DNA from: an uncultured Acidobacteriota bacterium
GTDB taxonomy: Bacteria; Acidobacteriota; Vicinamibacteria; Vicinamibacterales; UBA2999
Direction: 5' to 3'
Length of the DNA: 64,000 nucleotides
NCBI GenBank assembly: GCA_963724485.1
Contig: CAVRUW010000009.1
Location: 547,666 to 611,665, forward strand
Positions within the stretch are counted from its first letter, which is position 1. Each line of letters starts with the position of its first letter. This document shows positions 1-10,297 of this stretch, piece by piece. Under the pieces are notes generated by a model, which made no database searches, was not told where the DNA came from, and saw only the letters and a list, made by a program, of their open reading frames with translations. A program made the position numbers and the translations under genes.

Positions 1-44
1 CTTACGGAGCGGCCAGCGTCGGCGCAACAAAGGGAGTTCGGAAA

Positions 45-2423
45 ATGCGTCCCACGCTCGTCCTCACGTTAATTCTGGCGTTGTCCCCGGCCGCTGCCGG
101 CGTCGCCCAAACCTTGGCGCCAAACGCAGTCGATGACGCAGTTCAGGCCGGGACCGCCCAGTTTGCTCTGCAGGGAACCGTTCTCGACCCCACGGGAGCG
201 CCGGTCGCCAACGCACGAGTGACGGTGGTGCCAAGCGCGCCCGGCCTTGCCGGGTCGACACTGACCGATCAGCACGGCCGTTTTGTCCTGGGGTTGGCGC
301 CTGGGGCGTTCACGTTGACGATCTCCGCGTCCGGTTTCGCCGACGAGGTCCGCGCCCTCCGGGCGGAACAGGTCGGCTCCTTACCGCGCGAATTCGTGCT
401 TCAGGTCGCCGGCGTTCGCGAAACCGTGAGGGTCGGCGGGGCGGCTCCCTATCAAACGCCCGCGACCACCAGCGCGACCAAGACGTCCACACTGCTGCGC
501 GACATCCCGCAGGCGGTGAGCGTCGTGACCAGCACCCTCATCGCCGAGCAGCGAATGCAGAGCATGAGCGACGTCGTCCGCTACATGCCTGGAGTCGGAA
601 TGGCACAAGGTGAGGGCAATCGCGATACGCCGATCCTGCGCGGCAATAGTTCCACCTCCGATTTCTTCGTCGACGGCGTCCGGGACGACGTGCAGTACTT
701 CCGTGACATTTACAACGTGGATCGGGTCGAGGCGTTGAAGGGGCCGAACGCCATGGTGTTCGGGCGAGGCGGCGTGGGCGGTGTAATCAATCGGGTCACT
801 CGTCAAGCTGGCTGGGGCCAGTCACGCGAGTTGGCGGTGCAGTTCGGGTCGTTCGAAAACCGCCGTATGACCACGGATATTGGCACCGATTTCAGCCAGA
901 AGATGGCCGGCCGAATCACAGCGGTTTACGAGAACTCAGACTCGTATCGAAATGGTGCCGGGATCGAGCGATACGGCTTCAACCCCACCGTTGCCTTCGT
1001 CCTCGGTCCCAACACGACACTGCGCGCGGGCTACGAATACTTCTTGGATGAGCGCGTCGCCGATCGCGGCATCTCGTCATTCAATGGCCGGCCAGTCGAA
1101 ACCGATCCGTCGACGTTTTTCGGTGATCCAAGCCGAAGCAATGCTGACGTCAAGGTGAACTTGTTCAGTTCCGTGCTGGAGCACCGATTTGGCGGCGGGG
1201 TCCTGCTGCGCAATCGCACGAGTTACGGGGACTACGACAAGTTCTATCAGAACGTGTTCCCAGGGGCCGTCAACGCGGCGGGCACGACCGTCAGCATCAG
1301 TGCCTACAACAACGCCACCGACCGGCAGAATTTCTTCAATCAAGCGGACGTGATCGTGTCGAAGCGGACAGGAGGTTTCGATCACACGGTGCTTGCCGGG
1401 ATCGAGTTGGGCCGGCAGGGAACGACAAACTTCAGAAACACCGGTTACTTCACGACGCTCGGCGCGAACACGACTACGGTCACGGCGCCGTTGTCTTCGC
1501 CAACCATCTCCCTGCCGGTGGAGTTTCGGCAAGGTGCCACCGACGCCGATAACGACGGGGTCGCGACCGTGGCGGCTCTGTACGCGCAGGACCAGGTCGC
1601 GCTGACGAGCAAGGTACACGCCGTGATTGGCCTGCGATACGACAGCTTCAAGGTCGACTTTCGCAACAATCGAACGGCGACGGACTTCTCCAGCCGTGAC
1701 GGGTTGCTCTCTCCGCGTGTCGGCCTGATCTACAAGCCGATCGTGCCGGTGTCTATTTACGGCAGCTACAGCCTGTCTTACTTACCACGTGCGGGCGAGC
1801 AGCTCTCTTCGCTCTCGCTGACGAATCAGGCCCTCGACCCCGAGGAATTCCGCAACTACGAAGTAGGCGCGAAGTGGGATGTTCTGCCGGTGTTGTCACT
1901 GACGACCGCCATCTATCAGCTCGATCGCGGGAATGTCGCCGTGCCCGATCCAGCGGATCCGACGCGGTCGATCCTGGTTGACGCTCAGCGCACGAGAGGC
2001 CTCGAAATCGGCCTCAGCGGCAACGTCACCCGTCAGTGGAGCCTGATCGGTGGGTATGCCTTGCAGGACGGCGAGATCACGCAGTCGATCTCAGCGACCG
2101 CGGTTGAAGGTGCCGTGCTCGCGCAACTTCCGCGGCACTCGTTTTCCCTGTGGAACAAGTACGACCTGACGCCGCGATGGGGCGTTGGCCTCGGTTTGAT
2201 CCATCGCAGTGACATGTTCACCTCCACCGACAATCTCGTGACCCTGCCGGGGTACACGCGAGTTGATGGCGGTCTCTTCCTGAACGTGACGCCCAAGGTG
2301 CGGGCTCAACTCAACGTCGAGAATCTGTTCGATGAGGAGTACCACCTCTCCGCACACAGCAACACCAACATCACGCCAGGTTCACCGCGTGCGCTGCGGC
2401 TGACGCTGAGCACGCGGTTCTGA
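45..2423 (+). CDS. TonB-dependent outer-membrane receptor (siderophore/iron type) with N-terminal carboxypeptidase-regulatory-like domain
   Basis: 792-aa ORF. Signal peptide MRPTLVLTLILALSPAAAGVAQ. CarboxypepD_reg-like stretch LQGTVLDPTGAPVANARVTVV...GRFVL. Plug-type motif EGNRDTPILRGN..DFFVDGVRDD. Long beta-barrel ending in terminal aromatic ...LRLTLSTRF. Confidence 0.9.
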   Translation: MRPTLVLTLILALSPAAAGVAQTLAPNAVDDAVQAGTAQFALQGTVLDPTGAPVANARVTVVPSAPGLAGSTLTDQHGRFVLGLAPGAFTLTISASGFADEVRALRAEQVGSLPREFVLQVAGVRETVRVGGAAPYQTPATTSATKTSTLLRDIPQAVSVVTSTLIAEQRMQSMSDVVRYMPGVGMAQGEGNRDTPILRGNSSTSDFFVDGVRDDVQYFRDIYNVDRVEALKGPNAMVFGRGGVGGVINRVTRQAGWGQSRELAVQFGSFENRRMTTDIGTDFSQKMAGRITAVYENSDSYRNGAGIERYGFNPTVAFVLGPNTTLRAGYEYFLDERVADRGISSFNGRPVETDPSTFFGDPSRSNADVKVNLFSSVLEHRFGGGVLLRNRTSYGDYDKFYQNVFPGAVNAAGTTVSISAYNNATDRQNFFNQADVIVSKRTGGFDHTVLAGIELGRQGTTNFRNTGYFTTLGANTTTVTAPLSSPTISLPVEFRQGATDADNDGVATVAALYAQDQVALTSKVHAVIGLRYDSFKVDFRNNRTATDFSSRDGLLSPRVGLIYKPIVPVSIYGSYSLSYLPRAGEQLSSLSLTNQALDPEEFRNYEVGAKWDVLPVLSLTTAIYQLDRGNVAVPDPADPTRSILVDAQRTRGLEIGLSGNVTRQWSLIGGYALQDGEITQSISATAVEGAVLAQLPRHSFSLWNKYDLTPRWGVGLGLIHRSDMFTSTDNLVTLPGYTRVDGGLFLNVTPKVRAQLNVENLFDEEYHLSAHSNTNITPGSPRALRLTLSTRF

Positions 2424-2429
2424 GAGCTG

Positions 2430-3563
2430 GTGCTGGACATGCTTCCGACGAGGACCCTCGCGTCGCCGGCTACACCGTTCCGGCAGTCGCGCGTCGCAAC
2501 AACCGAAGCGGCGCTGGCTGTGCAAGAGCTCGGCCTTCGGTTTGGACAGGTCAGGGCCCTCGAGGGCGTGTCGCTGGAGATCCGCCGCGGCGAAGTGGTT
2601 TGCGTTCTGGGCGCCTCGGGATCGGGCAAGTCCACACTTCTCCGGCTGGTCGCGGGAGTTGCGCGTCCGACGTCCGGGCGCGTGCTACTTGGAGATGTCG
2701 AGGTCGCTGGACCGCAAACGTTTGTGGAGCCAGAGAACCGGCAAGTGGGGATGGTCTTTCAGGACTACGCGCTGTTCCCCCACCTCACCGTGGCGTCGAA
2801 CATCGCCTTTGGCCTACGAGGGCGCCGCCGTCCTGACGTCGATTCGATCGTTCGATCGCTTCTGGAACGCGTTGATCTCACGCGATATGCCGAGAGCTAC
2901 CCCCACATGCTGTCCGGTGGTGAGCGGCAACGCGTGGCGCTTGCGCGTGCGCTTGCGCCGCGGCCACAGATGCTCCTGATGGACGAACCGTTCTCGAGCC
3001 TCGATGGAAGGCTACGCGAGCAGATCCGTCAGGACACCCTCGATCTCCTGCGAGATACCGGCACGACGACAATCATCGTGACCCACGAGCCAGACGAGGC
3101 ACTCCGCATTGCCGATCGAATCGTGATCCTGGACAAAGGGCGGCTGGTCGAGAGCGGTACACCCGAGGAGCTCTACAACCGGCCAGCAACAATCTTCGCC
3201 GCCCGCCTGTTCGGACACTTGAACGAGTTGCGCGGCACCTGTCAGAACGGCTGCATCATGACCGCGCTCGGTTCGTTCGAGGCCGGCCACCTCGCTGAGC
3301 ACACGCCGGGCAGCGTCTTCATCCGCCCACAGCATGTGCGGTTGGCCCAAGGCTCCTCGAATATCCAGGCACGGGTCATTCGGACAACTTTTCTTGGTGA
3401 GGTCGATCACGTGCTGCTGGAGGTCGCGGGGCTCGAAGCCCCTGTGGCGCTGCGGGCGTCCGGCCGCACGCGACTTCAACCCGACGAGGTCGTGCATCTC
3501 GATATCCATCGAGACGCCGTTTTCGTCATCCCGCACGAAACCCAGAGCGTCGCGCTCGATTAG
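2430..3563 (+). CDS. ABC transporter ATP-binding protein, Fe(3+)/FbpC-like, with C-terminal TOBE-like region
   Basis: Walker A GASGSGKST, ABC signature LSGGERQRVALARAL, Walker B LLMDEPFSSLD. Lies 7 nt after the receptor gene. Exact start uncertain. Confidence 0.9.
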   Translation: MLDMLPTRTLASPATPFRQSRVATTEAALAVQELGLRFGQVRALEGVSLEIRRGEVVCVLGASGSGKSTLLRLVAGVARPTSGRVLLGDVEVAGPQTFVEPENRQVGMVFQDYALFPHLTVASNIAFGLRGRRRPDVDSIVRSLLERVDLTRYAESYPHMLSGGERQRVALARALAPRPQMLLMDEPFSSLDGRLREQIRQDTLDLLRDTGTTTIIVTHEPDEALRIADRIVILDKGRLVESGTPEELYNRPATIFAARLFGHLNELRGTCQNGCIMTALGSFEAGHLAEHTPGSVFIRPQHVRLAQGSSNIQARVIRTTFLGEVDHVLLEVAGLEAPVALRASGRTRLQPDEVVHLDIHRDAVFVIPHETQSVALD

Positions 3564-3588
3564 CGGCCCTTTTTTTGGAGTCTCATAA

Positions 3589-4617
3589 ATGACCAGACCG
3601 TGGAGTCTTGCGCGCAGGGCGGCGGCACTTGCCGGCCTGATCGCTTTCGCAACCGTTCCGGCCAGTGCGCAGGAACTCAACCTGTACACCACCCGCGAGC
3701 CGGGCCTTATCAAGCCATTGATGGACGCGTTCACCAAGTCGACCGGCATCAAAGTGAACAGCGTGTTCATCAAGGACGGCCTCGCAGAACGGGTTGCAGC
3801 CGAAGGCGCGAAGTCGCCAGCCGACGTGCTGATGACCGTCGATCTTGGCAACTTGATCGATCTGGTCGAGAAGGGCCTCACGCAACCGGTGAAGTCCGCC
3901 GTGCTCGAAAAGGCAATCCCTGGCAACCTGCGCGGAGCGAATGGTGACTGGTTCACCTTGTCGCTGCGTGCGCGCGTCCTGTACGCGGGCAAGGATCTCG
4001 ATCTCTCGACGTTCAACTACGAGTCGCTCGCCGATCCGCGATGGAAAGGGAAGGTGTGCATTCGTTCCGGGCAGCATCCCTACAACACCGCGATGATTGC
4101 CGCCTACATCGCCAAGCACGGTGAGGCCAAAGCCGAGGCGTGGCTACGTGGCATGAAAGCCAACCTCGGTCGCGCCGCGACCGGTGGCGATCGCGACGTC
4201 GCGCGCGACATCATGGGCGGCATCTGCGATATCGGTATCGCGAACTCGTACTATGTGGGGCTGATGCGAAGCGGTGCCGGCGGTCCCGAACAGATCAAGT
4301 GGGGCAACGCGATCAAGGTGATCCTGCCGACATTCGAGGGCGGCGGCACTCAGGTCAATATCTCTGGTGCGTCGATCGCGAAGCATTCGCCGAACCGCGC
4401 CGGCGCAGTCAGGTTTCTCGAGTATCTCGTCTCAGACGAAGCGCAAAAGATTTACGCTGAGGCCGACTACGAGTATCCAGTGAAGGCCGGCGCGCCGATT
4501 CATCCGCTCATCGCCGCTCTCGGAACGCTGAAGGTCGATTCCATTCCGCTGACCGAGATCGCACGCTATCGCGCGGCCGCGAGCAAGTTGGTCGACAAAG
4601 TCGGTTTCGACCGTTGA
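3589..4617 (+). CDS. Fe(3+) ABC transporter periplasmic substrate-binding protein (FbpA/AfuA family)
   Basis: Signal peptide ...LIAFATVPASAQE. Mature N-terminus LNLYTTREPGLIKPLMDAFTK typical of ferric-binding proteins. GGAG Shine-Dalgarno about 9 nt upstream of the ATG. Confidence 0.85.
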   Translation: MTRPWSLARRAAALAGLIAFATVPASAQELNLYTTREPGLIKPLMDAFTKSTGIKVNSVFIKDGLAERVAAEGAKSPADVLMTVDLGNLIDLVEKGLTQPVKSAVLEKAIPGNLRGANGDWFTLSLRARVLYAGKDLDLSTFNYESLADPRWKGKVCIRSGQHPYNTAMIAAYIAKHGEAKAEAWLRGMKANLGRAATGGDRDVARDIMGGICDIGIANSYYVGLMRSGAGGPEQIKWGNAIKVILPTFEGGGTQVNISGASIAKHSPNRAGAVRFLEYLVSDEAQKIYAEADYEYPVKAGAPIHPLIAALGTLKVDSIPLTEIARYRAAASKLVDKVGFDR

Positions 4618-6272
4618 CGGATTCGACACCGGGCAGGTCTGTCGCCACAGGATTCAGCCTGTGGCTGCCGCTGTCCGGTGTCGTGACCCTGCTGGTTCTC
4701 TTGCCAATCGCCGCGCTGTTCGCGGTCGCCGGCCAGGGATCGACTGGTCTCTGGGCGCACCTCCTCGACTACGTCCTTCCTATTGCACTCCGGGACACGG
4801 TAGTCCTGCTCACCGGTGTGGGACTACTGAGCGGCGTCATCGGCGCCGGTACGGCCTGGCTCGTCACGTTCTACGAGTTTCGCGGCCGCTCCCTCGTGTC
4901 GTGGGCCTTGCTGCTGCCGCTCGCGGTGCCCACCTACATCATCGCCTACGCCTATCTCGACATCTTGCATCCTGTCGGGCCGTTTCAAACGGCACTGCGT
5001 GCGATCCTCGGCTTCGACAACCCTCGCGAGTTTCGGCTACCTGACATCCGCTCGATGCCGTGGTGCATCGTCCTGCTCTCGTTTGTCTTGTATCCCTATG
5101 TCTACTTGCCCACGCGCGCGATGTTCTTGATGCAGGCGGCGAATCTGATGGACGCTGCTCGCACGCTGGGTGTGCCTCGGTCAGCGTTGTTTTTCCGCGT
5201 CGGTCTGCCGCTCGCACGTCCTGCGGTTGCCGTCGGGTTGAGCCTGGCCTTGATGGAAGCGCTCAATGACATCGGGGCCTCGGAGTTTCTGGGCGTCCGC
5301 ACGCTCACCGTGTCGATCTATTCGACATGGGTCACACGGTCAGACCTGGCGGGTGCCGCGCAAATTGCGCTCGCGATGCTGTTCGTGGTCGTCGGATTGG
5401 TGCTGTTGGAGCGCTGGGCCCGCCGCCAGCGGCAATACGCTCACGACGCGCAACACCCGCGAACGTTAGAGCCGCAAAGAATTCATGGGCCACGCGCAGC
5501 GATAACGCTGCTCACGACATTGGTGCCTGTCGTCGTAGGGTTTCTGGTTCCGGCTGCCTACCTGGTTCACGCGACGGTTGTTCGAGTGCGGTTTGCAGGC
5601 ATCCCTTCGAGCCTTGTGATCGAAGCGATCAACACGCTGTGGGTTTCAGTGATCGCCACCTCAATCATGATGGCGTGCGCCATCGTGGTCGTGTATGCGG
5701 TCAGGGTCGGCCACAGTAGGCTTCCATCGGTTCTGGCAAGGCTGGCCACCCTGGGGTATGCGGTGCCCGGCACCGTGCTGGCCCTCGGACTCCTTCCCGT
5801 GACGTCGATCATCGATACCGTGGCCGACGGGATCACGGTTAGCCTCTTCGATCGCACCGTCGGACTGCTCATGATCTCGTCGGGCGCGGCCGTGATCTAC
5901 GCCTATGTCGCCAGGTTCCTGGCAGTGGCGGTTGGTGGCGTGGAGACTGGGCTCAGTCGAGTCGCACCAACGCTCGACGCGGCGGCGCGGACGTTGGGCC
6001 AGAGCGCGGCTGGCGTACTGTGGCGGATTCACGTTCCGCTGACACGTCCAGCGCTCGCGACGGCTGGCCTGCTGGCGTTGGTCGACTGCATGAAGGAGTT
6101 GCCGGCAACGCTGTTGCTCCGTCCCATCGGCTTCGAGACCCTGGCGACCCACCTCTACGGCGAGGCGGCGCGCGGTACCTATGAGGACGGCGCAATCGCG
6201 GCACTGGCGATCGTCGCGATCGGCATCCTTCCCGTGATCGTGCTCGCACGAATCGGGCAGTCCATCCGGTAG
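4614..6272 (+). CDS. Iron ABC transporter permease with duplicated transmembrane domain (FbpB-like)
   Basis: 552-aa polytopic protein with two repeated permease halves (...MEALNDIGASEFLG... and ...DCMKELPATLLLRP...). Start overlaps the stop of the binding-protein gene by 4 nt. Confidence 0.85.
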   Translation: MTDSTPGRSVATGFSLWLPLSGVVTLLVLLPIAALFAVAGQGSTGLWAHLLDYVLPIALRDTVVLLTGVGLLSGVIGAGTAWLVTFYEFRGRSLVSWALLLPLAVPTYIIAYAYLDILHPVGPFQTALRAILGFDNPREFRLPDIRSMPWCIVLLSFVLYPYVYLPTRAMFLMQAANLMDAARTLGVPRSALFFRVGLPLARPAVAVGLSLALMEALNDIGASEFLGVRTLTVSIYSTWVTRSDLAGAAQIALAMLFVVVGLVLLERWARRQRQYAHDAQHPRTLEPQRIHGPRAAITLLTTLVPVVVGFLVPAAYLVHATVVRVRFAGIPSSLVIEAINTLWVSVIATSIMMACAIVVVYAVRVGHSRLPSVLARLATLGYAVPGTVLALGLLPVTSIIDTVADGITVSLFDRTVGLLMISSGAAVIYAYVARFLAVAVGGVETGLSRVAPTLDAAARTLGQSAAGVLWRIHVPLTRPALATAGLLALVDCMKELPATLLLRPIGFETLATHLYGEAARGTYEDGAIAALAIVAIGILPVIVLARIGQSIR

Positions 6273-6279
6273 AGGGCGT

Positions 6280-8718
6280 CTATTCCGAGCGAAGAGCCGT
6301 GACCGGATTGATTCTGATGGCTCGACGCACCGGCGCGAAGCTCGCGATGAGCGCCACCAGCAAGAGCACGGCGATGGCGAGCACAAAGGACCACACATCA
6401 GTGGCCGCCACCTCGAACAGGAATGCTTCTATCGTGCGCGTCATGCAGAATCGCGCCAACGGTACCGAGAGCCGCGCCGACGAGAGCCAGCGACAGTGTG
6501 TCCTTGAGCACCATCGCCATGACACTCCAATCGCTTGCCCCAAGTGCCATTCGAACGCCGATCTCTGACCGTCCGGCGCGATACGGCATAGGAGACGACA
6601 CCGTAGAGTCCGACGGCGCCGAGAAGGAGAGACAGTCCCGCAATCGCGGACAAAAGCGCGGTCCTGAAACGTGGTTGTGCGGCTGCCTCCGAAATCACAT
6701 CGTCCAGTGCACGTGCGTTGCCTCGCGTGATCTCACGATCGACCTCATGCAGGGCCCGCTCGATCGTGGTGGCCAGCGCGTGCGGATCGCCCGAGGTGCG
6801 TGCCACGAGCGTCATGTTGCGGAATGGATACTGGTCGAACGGCACGTACAGTGTTTCCGTGGCGCCCGCATCCAGACCGCTGTACTTCACATCGCCGACG
6901 ATTCCCACCACGGTCTCAGGCGTGCTCTTGCCGACCGGCAGAGGCCTGCCAATCGGGTCCTGTTGTCCAAAGAGCGCACGCGCAGCGCTCACACTGAGAA
7001 TCGCGACCCTGGCAGCGGACGCATGATCCGCATCCGTAAAGAGGCGCCCCGCCACCAACGGAATCCCCAACGCCGCGAAATAGTCCGGCGTTGGATTCAC
7101 CATGTCGAGGCGCCTGAGAGCTTGAGCACCGGCGGCCTGATTGGGGTCCTTGAACTCGAACACCATGCGAGACCGGTTCGGCGGCATGGCGTTGGCGGCA
7201 CCGGCAACGCTCACGCCTGGAATCGTGCGGACCCGATTGAGTAGCTGGTTGGTCAAGGCAATCTGCTGAGTGGGCGGCAGCTGACGGCCCATTGCCAGAT
7301 TGAGCTCGACGGCGACGACGCTGCTGGCCGAGATGCCCACATCGGTGCGCAGGAGATTGACGAAGCTTCGCGCCAGGAGCACGGCGCCGACCAGAAGAGT
7401 AAGGCAGACGGCCAGTTGCGCGACAACCAACGCAGAACGCAAGCGTCGTGTAGCAGGACCGGTCGAGTGCGCCACGGCGGCTGGTCGAAGCGTCGCGGCC
7501 TGACCCGCCCATACCCGAGCGATGGGAGCGGCTGCCGCAAGGAGAGCGGCGAATGAAGCCGCGGCCAGTGCGAACAAGGCGACCGGGAGGTCAACACGAA
7601 TCGAGTCCACTCGCGGCAGGACTCCCGGATCGATGACGAGCAACATGCGAATCGCACCAAAGGCGAGAGCAAGACCGAGCGCTCCCCCAAGAGCCGCAAG
7701 CACGATCGTTTCGCTCAACTGTTGAAACGCGAGCTGGCGCCGCGAGGCCCCCAAGGACATCCGAACACTCATCTCGCGGCTTCTCGACGACTGACGAGCG
7801 AGGAGCAGGTTTGCCACGTTGGCACACGCCACCAGCAGGACGAGACCGACCGCGCCAAGAAACACCCACAGGACCCGGACGGATCGCTCCGGTCAACTCG
7901 TCGGACAGCGTGGACAGCGCCGGCTCCCATCGTTGATTTGTCGCCGGAAAGTCGCTTGCGATAGACGCGGCCACGGACTCCACCATGGGTTGCGCCTCCG
8001 TGATGGACACGTCCGGCCGTAATCGGCCGACGAAATAGAAAGACCGCTGCTTGCGATCGGCGATCGAACTGTGAAGCTCGCTTGGCGCCCAGATGTGAGG
8101 TTTCGCAGCCGGCGCCCCAAGACTGCCCCGGGTCTCGAGCGGCAGTTCGAAGTCGTTCCTGACAACCCCCACGATTGTGTACGGCTGTGAATTCAGCCGC
8201 ACCTGACGCCCAATCACTTGTGGATCAGCGGCGAAGCTCTGTCGCCACAGCCGTGCACTGATCACGATCTCGGCGGCGCGCGAGTCTATGGACGGACGCC
8301 CAAGAAGCATTGGTGCGCCTGTGATCGTGAAGAAATCGGCAGACACCAACGCGCCCCTGACGGTCTCGAATCCGCTGGAGGTTTCAAGGGCGAACACGGT
8401 CCGCGAGCACAGCGCGATCGATTCGAAAAAGTCCGCGCGCTGTTTCCAGTCGTTGAGATCCGGACCCGAGAAGCCAGCTGGCGAGACGCGTCCCGTCAAC
8501 CGATCGCGACCCTGGACAACGACCACGGAACTCGATTCGCGATAAGGAAGCGGACGCAATAGCACGCCGTAAACGACGCTGAAGATCGCGGCGTTGGCGC
8601 CAATTCCCAACGCGAATGTCATCACGACGCTCAGCGAGAATCCAGGCGCCTTACGCAGCGTGCGGCTGGCATGCCGCAGGTCGCGCAGGCCGTCCTGAAC
8701 CCAACGAGAGATGTCCAT
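6280..8718 (-). pseudogene. MacB/FtsX-type duplicated permease (ADOP-like), interrupted by three single-base frame changes
   Basis: Minus-strand ORFs 7591-8718, 6441-7865, 6398-6643 and 6280-6543 read as one protein. N-terminus ...RTLRKAPGFSLSVVMTFALGIGANAAIFSV. First FtsX block VFLGAVGLVLLVACANVANLLLAR. Second block LYGVVSYAVSRRT / SEIGVRMALGAS... / ...FEVAATDVWSFVLAIAVLLLVALIASFAPVRRAIRINPVTALRSE. Frame changes near 7868 (CCG[G]GTC), 6570 (ACG[G]TCA) and 6446. No PadR gene upstream. Confidence 0.8.
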
Positions 8719-8781
8719 TGCGACAGCTTAATCTCGGCTCGCGAGCAAACACGAGCCCGAGTTGACAAGCTCGCGGGCGCC

Positions 8782-8889
8782 ATGGGACGATGCGCCATCG
8801 TGTTCGTGGCGCTGACCTGCGCGTGTTGTTGCGTCGGAGAAAAAGCCTCCGAAGGTCGCGCTGCGTCTGTCAAAGCCGAGCTTATATAG
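8782..8889 (+). CDS. Hypothetical 35-aa Cys-rich small ORF (speculative)
   Basis: ATG at 8782, TAG at 8887-8889. Translation MGRCAIVFVALTCACCCVGEKASEGRAASVKAELI. GC3 is high in the first half. No convincing SD. Sits between the ADOP start and a terminator-like hairpin. Confidence 0.2.
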   Translation: MGRCAIVFVALTCACCCVGEKASEGRAASVKAELI

Positions 8890-8920
8890 TCGGTTAGCAC
8901 GAGCAATCTCACGCAGTTCA

Positions 8921-8961
8921 GGCCCGGAAGGCTTTCCAGCTTTCCGGGCCTTTTGCTTTTT
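8921..8961 (+). terminator. Intrinsic-terminator-like hairpin with T-tract, about 35 nt upstream of the TlpA-like start codon
   Basis: GGCCCGGAA(G)...(C)TTCCGGGCC gives a 9-10 bp stem with a loop of about 10 nt. The CTTTCC element occurs twice, giving alternative 3' arms. The hairpin is followed by TTTTGCTTTTTCT. Confidence 0.5.
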
Positions 8962-8995
8962 CTGGGCCCCGTTGCGTAGATACAAGGAGCATGAG

Positions 8996-10297
8996 ATGAG
9001 AGGCAACAGACTCGAGCGGGTGGGCGCGGTTCTGGTGATGGCTCTCTTCACCGCGGCATCCGCCTCCGCTCGCGACCAAGCAGGCGAGCTACGGCGAGAC
9101 CTCGCCGAAGCGGCCTCCGGCCGCGACGGCGGGCCCGCCCCCGGTCTTTGGGACGCCGTTGTCGTGGCGAATGACGTCGAAGTGCCGTTTGCGCTCGAGA
9201 TCGTCTCGGAGGGGGCCGCGCTCAAAGCATCGTTTTTCAACGGCGAGCGCCGCATCACTTCGGCGCTCAGCCGATTCGAGGACGGGATTCTGGTGCTTCC
9301 CTTCAATCAGTACGGTGCGAGCCTGCGGCTGACGTTGCGCGAGGGCGAGTTGAGCGGTGAGTATCGGCGGGCCCGTGGTGCACCGCTACCTGTTCGCGCC
9401 AAGCGCCGGACCGCCGCACAGGCGGCGTCCACTGAAGCGCCATCGATCGAGGGCACGTGGATTGTCGGCGCCAGGGGCTCCAAGGGCGAGGACAAGAGCT
9501 CCAAGGGCGAAACCGCATGGCGCTTCATCGCCAAGCAGTCAGGCAGTCAGCTGTCGGCCACGATTCTTCGCGTCGATGGTGATACCGGCACGCTGACGGG
9601 GTCGTATCGTGATGGCCGGTTCGTCCTCAGTCACTTCTCCGGTGCGCGTCCGCTGTTGCTCGAAGTCACGCCGCTCGAGGGCGGGAAGCTGCTGCTGAAA
9701 CAGAACGGCAAGATCGAACTCACCGCCGCGCGCGAAGAAGCCGGCGCCGCCGCGTCGTTGGGGACGCCGACGGACCCCTCGCTGCACACAACCATGAAGG
9801 ATCCGGCGGAGCCATTTCGTTTCAGTTTTCCTGACCTCGCGGGGAAGGTCGTCAGCAATACGGATCCACGGTTCGCGGGCAAAGTGGTGCTGGTCAACAT
9901 CAGCGGCAGCTGGTGCCCGAACTGCCACGACGAAGCCCCCTTCCTCGCCTCGTTGTACCGGAAGTACCGCAGCAAGGGATTCGAGATCGTGACGCTCTCG
10001 TTCGAGGAACCCGATCAGCTTGCCAATCCCACTCGCCTGCGTGCGTTCATCGCGACCTACGGACTCGAGTACACCGTGTTGCTCCCAGGCGATCCCGACC
10101 AGCTCGAAGAGAAGGTGCCGCAAGCGACCAATCTCAACTCGTTTCCGACGACCTTCATCCTCGGCCGCGATGGCCGTGTGCGTGCCGTGCACGCCGGGTT
10201 CCCGAGCCCAGGCAGCGGTGAGTTCTACTTGAAGGCCGAACGCGACATCACCGAGCAGGTCGAACGGCTCCTGGCTGAGCGCGCGGGCACGAGGTGA
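8996..10297 (+). CDS. TlpA/ResA-family thiol:disulfide oxidoreductase with a long N-terminal extension (about 270 aa) of unknown function
   Basis: AAGGAG SD 6 nt before the ATG at 8996. Signal peptide ...VLVMALFTAASASA. C-terminal thioredoxin fold with active site VNISGSWCPNCHDEAPFL. Confidence 0.85.
   Translation: MRGNRLERVGAVLVMALFTAASASARDQAGELRRDLAEAASGRDGGPAPGLWDAVVVANDVEVPFALEIVSEGAALKASFFNGERRITSALSRFEDGILVLPFNQYGASLRLTLREGELSGEYRRARGAPLPVRAKRRTAAQAASTEAPSIEGTWIVGARGSKGEDKSSKGETAWRFIAKQSGSQLSATILRVDGDTGTLTGSYRDGRFVLSHFSGARPLLLEVTPLEGGKLLLKQNGKIELTAAREEAGAAASLGTPTDPSLHTTMKDPAEPFRFSFPDLAGKVVSNTDPRFAGKVVLVNISGSWCPNCHDEAPFLASLYRKYRSKGFEIVTLSFEEPDQLANPTRLRAFIATYGLEYTVLLPGDPDQLEEKVPQATNLNSFPTTFILGRDGRVRAVHAGFPSPGSGEFYLKAERDITEQVERLLAERAGTR

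Noticed and set aside
3012-4016. 334-aa minus-strand ORF over the fbpC/fbpA junction
   Set aside because: It is antisense to two strongly supported ABC-transporter genes and has no motifs.
8762-8790. TTGACA hexamer as a promoter for the sORF or TlpA leader
   Set aside because: The sequence 17-18 nt downstream is GGACGA/GACGAT, which is not -10-like, and the sORF ATG would lie inside the promoter. The TATATA at 8883-8888 also lacks a -35 partner.
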